From: a virus
IMG/VR virus record: IMGVR_UViG_3300012351_000008
Location: 1 to 64,000 of that record
Length of the DNA: 64,000 bases
Strand: one strand, 5' to 3'
Below the pieces are notes generated by a model. That model made no database searches and was not told the origin of the DNA. It saw only the letters and a list, made by a program, of their open reading frames with translations. Numbering within the stretch: the first letter of the stretch is position 1; each line of letters opens with the position of its first letter. Position numbers and translations under genes: made by a program. Of this stretch, positions 58,532-64,000 are shown in pieces.

Positions 58532-59866
58532 TCATGTGAGCATGCTAGCGCCAACAGAATATGTACAGCTATTTGCGTTGTTTGCAACAACCTTGACGCG
58601 CCATGTATGCGACAACACATCGGACGCAACCGAGTTAGCAGCGGCGGTCAGCCCGGGATACACCACATAGACATTCGTGCTATTGGTGATCACTGCTGCC
58701 CCAGTCAATTGAGCAACATACTTGCCTGACGCCACATCTTTCGCGTCAATTTCTAGCGTTACTGAACCTGTGCCAACAACAGTCATATCCAACACGACAC
58801 GCACACCGCGCCCACTGGTATTGATCTGGTCAACGGTGGTTTGTGTCGTGGTAAAGGCTGCCGAGGGGATAAGCACAAGATCATTGCCACCACTCACTTT
58901 CACCTGAAGGTTTCCACCTGCATCAACCGTTGCCTGCCGCCACGGATACGTCCCGTCTGAAATCTGAATGTTGTTTCCACCAGTATCAGCCAAGTTAACG
59001 GTATTGACTGTCAACACGCCACTACTCACGGGAGCCACAGCCCCGGCTATGGCGGTAAACTTGATCGGAAGGATGTTCACATCAGGACCGGGCGCACCGG
59101 TCAAGGTTGAGCCTACAACATTGTCAATTCCATCAATACACCAGTAGATGTTATCGCCTTTGTAGTAGATGAAATACTTGTGAACACTGCTATCCTGGGG
59201 TTGCTTACCACTTCCGGTAGCGGCAGAGAGGTCTTGTACTGCCACCCTTGTCCCTGACTGATAGGTGACACACATCATCTTGCCGGTAACACCGACCTCG
59301 AATCCACAGGCATTCGTGAGAGGAGCCGCCGCCGTAGGGCTGCCTGGACTGGTGCCCATTCCCCAGAAGAAGTACTGATTGGCGACGATAGGCCAAACGA
59401 TGTTAACACCCGTATAGAACAGCAGCCAGCCAGGGTTAGCTGGCGGGAATGATACCGCACTTTCCAGATACGAGTAGCCTGAAATGGTTGTTCCCGTACC
59501 CAATTGCGTGTTTGTTAAAGTATTACTGGCAGCTACTCCACCTCCCGCAGCTACAGGGGCAAGCCATTTATTGGTGATGTCCAAAGTTGCCGTATCAAAG
59601 CCATCCTGGAAGAGTTGCGATGGCTCCAATGCCACGCGCAACTCACCAGCCGCCATGATACTTGCACTTGCACTTCCGGTAGCCGTTCCAGTAATGGTGG
59701 TTTGTGTAATCATGGGTGCCGACTTCTGCCCACTAGCACCCGCCGTATTGTCGGCAACAGGCGTACCCAATTGAACCGGGAGTACGCCCGCACCGGGTGC
59801 CCACCCGGTAGCGCCTGCACGAGCACCCGCACTATCAGTCGGTGTTGGACCGGATGAAAGTGTCAT
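58532..59866 (-). CDS. Virion structural / decoration protein
   Basis: Directly after the capsid gene; paralog of 51172..52500. Confidence 0.65.
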   Translation of the reverse strand: MTLSSGPTPTDSAGARAGATGWAPGAGVLPVQLGTPVADNTAGASGQKSAPMITQTTITGTATGSASASIMAAGELRVALEPSQLFQDGFDTATLDITNKWLAPVAAGGGVAASNTLTNTQLGTGTTISGYSYLESAVSFPPANPGWLLFYTGVNIVWPIVANQYFFWGMGTSPGSPTAAAPLTNACGFEVGVTGKMMCVTYQSGTRVAVQDLSAATGSGKQPQDSSVHKYFIYYKGDNIYWCIDGIDNVVGSTLTGAPGPDVNILPIKFTAIAGAVAPVSSGVLTVNTVNLADTGGNNIQISDGTYPWRQATVDAGGNLQVKVSGGNDLVLIPSAAFTTTQTTVDQINTSGRGVRVVLDMTVVGTGSVTLEIDAKDVASGKYVAQLTGAAVITNSTNVYVVYPGLTAAANSVASDVLSHTWRVKVVANNANSCTYSVGASMLT

Positions 59867-59910
59867 AACGTACTCCTATCTCACTGTATCTGAATGATAC
59901 ACGTAATACA

Positions 59911-61668
59911 CTAGTTAAGACTTATTCCAGTGATTAAACTCCATCCACCTAAAAACTGGTTGATGAGCGTAATGTTGATGTAAGCAGCGTATCCCCACTG
60001 CGTCCAGTGAGACTGGTCAGGCGGGTATTCTACAGCGAACATCTCACGATTGACACCAACGCGGAATGGAGGCTTGTCAATGGCGGATACAGGGAAGGGG
60101 ATGGTAAAGGAGCCGATCATGATTGTGCCTTGCATCAGGTAGGGCAGCATAATCACATCAATCACTTTGCCTGTGGTCTGATTGATGTATTTGGTCACGC
60201 GCTGGCCTGCTGTCAACTGGGACATGCCATCACCGATCTGCTGAGTGACGCGGAAGTTCGTACCTGCTGCCACAAGATTAGAGAGCTTTTTGTGATCCTT
60301 GATGCTAACAAACATGTACTCGGGATCAGCGTGGGCACTGAGGTACATATTTTCCAGGACAGTATCAATATCAGCAAGGGCAAGTGCGCCATTGGTCGCC
60401 GATGGCATCGCAATAATTGGCGTTTCACCAGCGATACCGAGTGAGCCGGGAGTGCCATAGGTGTTGTAGATGAGGGCCTGCGCGCCATCAATAGTCAATG
60501 GCATGTTCAACGTGTTGGCATCAGTGGACTTGACCACAATAGCCGTGTTGGTAGCCGTGACCACTGTAGAATAAGCCGTACCAGAAGTAAGGGCCGCAGC
60601 CAGTCCAAGGGTAACGGTGAAGTAGCCTTGTCGGATAGTGTTGGCAGGCTGGTTCAGTGTGTTCGCGGAGCCACCAATGAACTGGGTTGCACTACCCTGG
60701 AGCCACATGGCAGAGTTAGCTGGCTGTGTTGCACCAATGCCTGCGTACACCTGATACTTCGTAGCCGATGGTACACAGTTGATATTCATCGTGATGGTAC
60801 TGGTCGAGCCTGTGGTCACAATGGACGTGGCAACTGCTGTTGCACCACCAAAGGCCAGTGTTTCACCGTTTGCATTGAGCGCTGTCACAAGAATCCAGTA
60901 CGTACCAGCGGTTAACAATCCGCCAGTGGTGGCAGTAGTAAGACCGCCTACTGGAGGTGGGGACCATAACCGCTGTCCTGAGTTAATGAGCCAGAACTCT
61001 TCCTCTTGCATCAGGGCCGGGATAAGTTTAGCCGCAACGGTTGCGCGCACATCCCCCTGCCACATTTTGCCGTAGATCTCACTCTCGAACGATACCACGT
61101 CACGGTATGCAAGCAACTTGGCGACGTTGGACAGGCTAGCGAACTGATAGGAAAGCGCCGATGGTGTGCCAAACTGCTGTACAGCGGCACCTGCGACGGT
61201 TGGACCTGTACCACCGAAGTAGTCCAATACTGTACGCCAGTTGATGGTATCAATGCCGGGCATTGGGTCACGTGGCGTCATGTTGAGTAGCGGGGTCATC
61301 TGTGGAATGACAAACTTGGCGGCAGGCTCTAAGTAGTAGCCCGTGAAGTTGGCATTGTTGCCAGCAAAGGTACCATCACGAGTGATTTCACCACCTTGCA
61401 ATGCATCAATGGTTTCCTTGTTGAAGTTCGTAATGCCCTGGTAGGTATTTGTTCTGACTCGTTCAATGATGTCAGGCGAGAAGTTCGCACCCTCCTGATA
61501 CGTTTGTGCTCCACTCATGCGTTGCGCGGCGAAGCGTTCGGCTTGAGCCGCGAGCACGTCACGATCAGCGACCATGCCTTCCTCAATCACACCTACCGGG
61601 TCTTTGGTGTTGCCTGATGCGATTCGCGCCCCTTCCGGTAACGAATCCTTTGGTACAGTGATAGCCAT
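59911..61668 (-). CDS. Major capsid protein with inserted beta domain
   Basis: Follows the protease; TPLLN..PR, ALMQEEEFWLI, DGA, ENMY..DP...KKLS pattern. Confidence 0.8.
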   Translation of the reverse strand: MAITVPKDSLPEGARIASGNTKDPVGVIEEGMVADRDVLAAQAERFAAQRMSGAQTYQEGANFSPDIIERVRTNTYQGITNFNKETIDALQGGEITRDGTFAGNNANFTGYYLEPAAKFVIPQMTPLLNMTPRDPMPGIDTINWRTVLDYFGGTGPTVAGAAVQQFGTPSALSYQFASLSNVAKLLAYRDVVSFESEIYGKMWQGDVRATVAAKLIPALMQEEEFWLINSGQRLWSPPPVGGLTTATTGGLLTAGTYWILVTALNANGETLAFGGATAVATSIVTTGSTSTITMNINCVPSATKYQVYAGIGATQPANSAMWLQGSATQFIGGSANTLNQPANTIRQGYFTVTLGLAAALTSGTAYSTVVTATNTAIVVKSTDANTLNMPLTIDGAQALIYNTYGTPGSLGIAGETPIIAMPSATNGALALADIDTVLENMYLSAHADPEYMFVSIKDHKKLSNLVAAGTNFRVTQQIGDGMSQLTAGQRVTKYINQTTGKVIDVIMLPYLMQGTIMIGSFTIPFPVSAIDKPPFRVGVNREMFAVEYPPDQSHWTQWGYAAYINITLINQFLGGWSLITGISLN

Positions 61669-61681
61669 TATTTATCCTTAT

Positions 61682-63340
61682 TTATTGTGTGCGGCCCCGC
61701 GTCGGCTGTGCGGCCAGTGCAGCAGCGGCCACTTGTTTTTCAATCGTGTCGAGTGCGCCCATGCGTTGCAACCGGTTCAGCACGTCAAGCGTTGTTTCCT
61801 GCTGTGGTTGCGATAGTTGTGATGGGCGTGGGTCGGTAGCAAGCGTTTTATCCACTGGACGAGCGCCGTTGAGAATCGGGCCTCCGCTTGCAGGCTGCCT
61901 GGCTATCACTTCCACCTGACCTTTTACTTCCGCCAACGCGGAACGTACTTCGTCGAGGCTGGATTGAGTTGGGACAGTCTCAAGCCGGGTCACAATCGTC
62001 TCAAGGCTCGTTTGAATGGGGGAGAAATCTATCTCAGGAGTATGTGAACGGGCAAAGGTGCCAGCTATGGCATGCATCCTGGTGATTGGCGTGTGTAATT
62101 CTTGAGTGATGCGCGTAAGCAGGACTTCAGCAATACGATCAGCCATCTTGCCTGCATCCTGATCAGGGTCTAGTGTCTTATCAGCACCGGGCAGGTCCAC
62201 GTCATTATCGTTGTCGGGGTCCATAGCGTTGCGCATTGCAATACAATCAGGGCATCCACACGTTTTCATAAGTTGCATCGCGCTTTGTAGGGCACTATCG
62301 CGAGCACCATGTAAGGCTGATTGTGTGTCAGAAGAGAGACGTGCACCCGCACGCTCTACCTCTGGCTCTTTTGGTGTTGCGATGACAGCAGGCTCAACTG
62401 GTGGTGGTGTCTCGGGCTCAGTCACGTCGATAAGATCAGTCAGACCATCGGCGCGACAAATGGAAAGGCCGTGTCCATCAGGATTGCTTGCATTATCCAC
62501 AACTGAGAGTTCAGCCAGCTCATAGGAGGTCAGGTAAGGATAGGTTTGCCCGTTCCTCTCGATACTCTCCCACGTGTAGGGCTTGCCAGCGCCAACACTC
62601 AGTCCTGATAGTACGCCCTCCTGAATCTTTGTCCAGGTGTCAGGAGCACCTTTAGAGACACGCAACCTGACAATGACTTGTTTTTGCTCATCATCAAACT
62701 GGACACCAACGCCTTTACCTACAGCCTTCCTGTCGTGCATCTCGCGTACATTGGCAGTGCGCTCAATCCACTTCTGAAAAGCTTTCTTTGAGGCTTCGTA
62801 GGAAAATATCGTGTTAAAACTGTCTACGGCCTCGGAGGTTGCAATGCCCTCCACTTCCCACTTCTGATCGTCAATGCGCGTGATCGGGACATAGAGCATG
62901 GGGCACTCTGGCATAACGGCGCGTGTGGTATCATCTTTGCTGGTATCAGGAGTATCAGTCATTGATTCATGATTGTCGGTGGATTCTACTGTCCGGCTAC
63001 CATCATCTTTTTTGCCTGTTTCCCAACTATCCGGCAACTTCCATCCGTTCGCTTTTGCTTTACCTCGGATACATGCTCGAACAGCATCAGGATTATCTGC
63101 GTGTCCTGCTAAACTTGCAGCGTTATCAACGTCTTTCTGATTTCTCACCGGAAATGAGCGATGTGGACCACAAAACGCTGATGCTGGAATAGCATCTCTT
63201 TCCTTCTGTGGAATGTATCGCTCAATACCTTCTTCATTCTCAGGCCATACGGCTACACGCTCAACCTCTGGCGTTGCGGTAACGGGCTCAATAGGTGGTG
63301 CTACTGTCTGCTGTTCTGTATCGGTGTCAATTTGTGCCAT
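61682..63340 (-). CDS. Prohead protease / scaffold fusion
   Basis: VEGIATSEAVDS...VREMH...W.KI.EGVLSGLSVG...ELSVVDNASNP; GAGG RBS before ATG 63340. Confidence 0.85.
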   Translation of the reverse strand: MAQIDTDTEQQTVAPPIEPVTATPEVERVAVWPENEEGIERYIPQKERDAIPASAFCGPHRSFPVRNQKDVDNAASLAGHADNPDAVRACIRGKAKANGWKLPDSWETGKKDDGSRTVESTDNHESMTDTPDTSKDDTTRAVMPECPMLYVPITRIDDQKWEVEGIATSEAVDSFNTIFSYEASKKAFQKWIERTANVREMHDRKAVGKGVGVQFDDEQKQVIVRLRVSKGAPDTWTKIQEGVLSGLSVGAGKPYTWESIERNGQTYPYLTSYELAELSVVDNASNPDGHGLSICRADGLTDLIDVTEPETPPPVEPAVIATPKEPEVERAGARLSSDTQSALHGARDSALQSAMQLMKTCGCPDCIAMRNAMDPDNDNDVDLPGADKTLDPDQDAGKMADRIAEVLLTRITQELHTPITRMHAIAGTFARSHTPEIDFSPIQTSLETIVTRLETVPTQSSLDEVRSALAEVKGQVEVIARQPASGGPILNGARPVDKTLATDPRPSQLSQPQQETTLDVLNRLQRMGALDTIEKQVAAAALAAQPTRGRTQ

Positions 63341-63392
63341 ACATACCTCAGTTAGCGGTGTGGCACAACTGCCGCCGCCGCGAAAATGTGCA

Positions 63393-63488
63393 ATAAAAAA
63401 CACCATCGATTGTGGCTCGATGGCGCGTGATTTGTGTTTGTTTAGTTCTTAGCCCTGATGAGGGTTATCATTGCTTGCAGTATAGCAT
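63393..63488 (-). promoter_or_regulatory. Internal promoter followed by a GAGCC-element terminator
   Basis: CATGCTATACTgcaAGCAAT, then acGCGCCatcGAGCCac...gatggtgTTTTTT. Confidence 0.65.
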
Positions 63489-63557
63489 GGGCTAGCAAGA
63501 TATGCTAGCGATGTATGAACAAGAGACTTGTAGCAACTTCCAATCAATCATAGTGGC

Positions 63558-63791
63558 TCATGGCCTTCCTCTCATCACTCCCTTCATACGCTGAAACACC
63601 ATCATGAACTGTTTATACACCACGTGGTCCTTGTGATCTTCCCGAATGAGCCAGTACACCAACAACGCCATGCCCATCGGTGAAGTGGTCAGGCCATGAC
63701 AGAGCGTGCCGATGGTCGTCTCAATTAATACTGGTGTGCAATCCATCGAATGTGCAATATCCTGGTAGATGATCTGTGTCTCTTCTCTCAT
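63558..63791 (-). CDS. Hypothetical protein
   Basis: ATGA coupling to the upstream gene. Confidence 0.45.
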   Translation of the reverse strand: MREETQIIYQDIAHSMDCTPVLIETTIGTLCHGLTTSPMGMALLVYWLIREDHKDHVVYKQFMMVFQRMKGVMRGRP

Positions 63792-64000
63792 GAAGCAACT
63801 TCGTCAAGATTTCGCGCACGATTGAACACTTCACGTACCTGATCAGGCGTTGTACACTCGACCAGTTCGTCACTAATCCGTCGATGAGTGTCTGGAGGTA
63901 TCAATGTTGTGGTAAAGCCGCGTAGTGTACGACCCGCCTTCACATCATCTATTGCCCTGGTCCGCCATTTACGGTAATCGGGCGAGGCGTCATGTGTCGC
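63788..64000 (-). CDS. C-terminus of probable portal protein (partial)
   Basis: Manual translation ...DYRKWRTRAIDDVKAGR..F.T..IP...VREVF*; position upstream of the protease. Confidence 0.5.
   Translation of the reverse strand, partial: ATHDASPDYRKWRTRAIDDVKAGRTLRGFTTTLIPPDTHRRISDELVECTTPDQVREVFNRARNLDEVAS

Noticed and set aside
33127-59866. Diversity-generating retroelement acting on the tail genes
   Set aside because: No reverse transcriptase in the window and no repeat pair with adenine-specific differences noticed; the paralogs differ broadly.
1-64000. Genome-wide stop-codon reassignment as the explanation for the internal TGA
   Set aside because: TGA terminates many genes here (ATGA overlaps) and long genes are intact under the standard code, so any recoding must be site-specific.

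Overview
Most of a large siphovirus-like phage or prophage genome, probably from a Chloroflexota (Ktedonobacteria-like) host; the host is inferred from the endolysin C-terminal domain and the HTH proteins. 1-29 kb holds the early and accessory region: two paralogous replication initiators, each with its own internal iterons, two N6-adenine methyltransferases, a Sak/Rad52-like recombinase, HNH, SWIM and ASCH proteins, a tyrosine recombinase with a dif-like site, an HNH-DnaC fusion and many small ORFs. 29-33 kb is the lysis cassette, split by a small moron. 33-64 kb is the minus-strand morphogenesis operon (portal end, prohead protease, capsid, connectors, tail spike, two tail-tube paralogs, frameshifted chaperones, tape measure, large tail-tip protein). 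Most notable, and not evident from the ORF track: (1) a gene at 22953-23228 with an in-frame UGA followed by a hairpin fitting the bacterial SECIS consensus, i.e. a candidate phage-encoded selenoprotein; (2) an ORF-less group I intron in a virion gene next to a free-standing GIY-YIG endonuclease; (3) a Hint domain inside the tape measure protein; (4) six late-operon terminators carrying a GAGCC-N3-GAGCC element, plus a Com-like zinc-ribbon gene, suggesting an antitermination system; (5) two candidate structured ncRNAs. Family assignments come from motif recognition by eye, not database searches.
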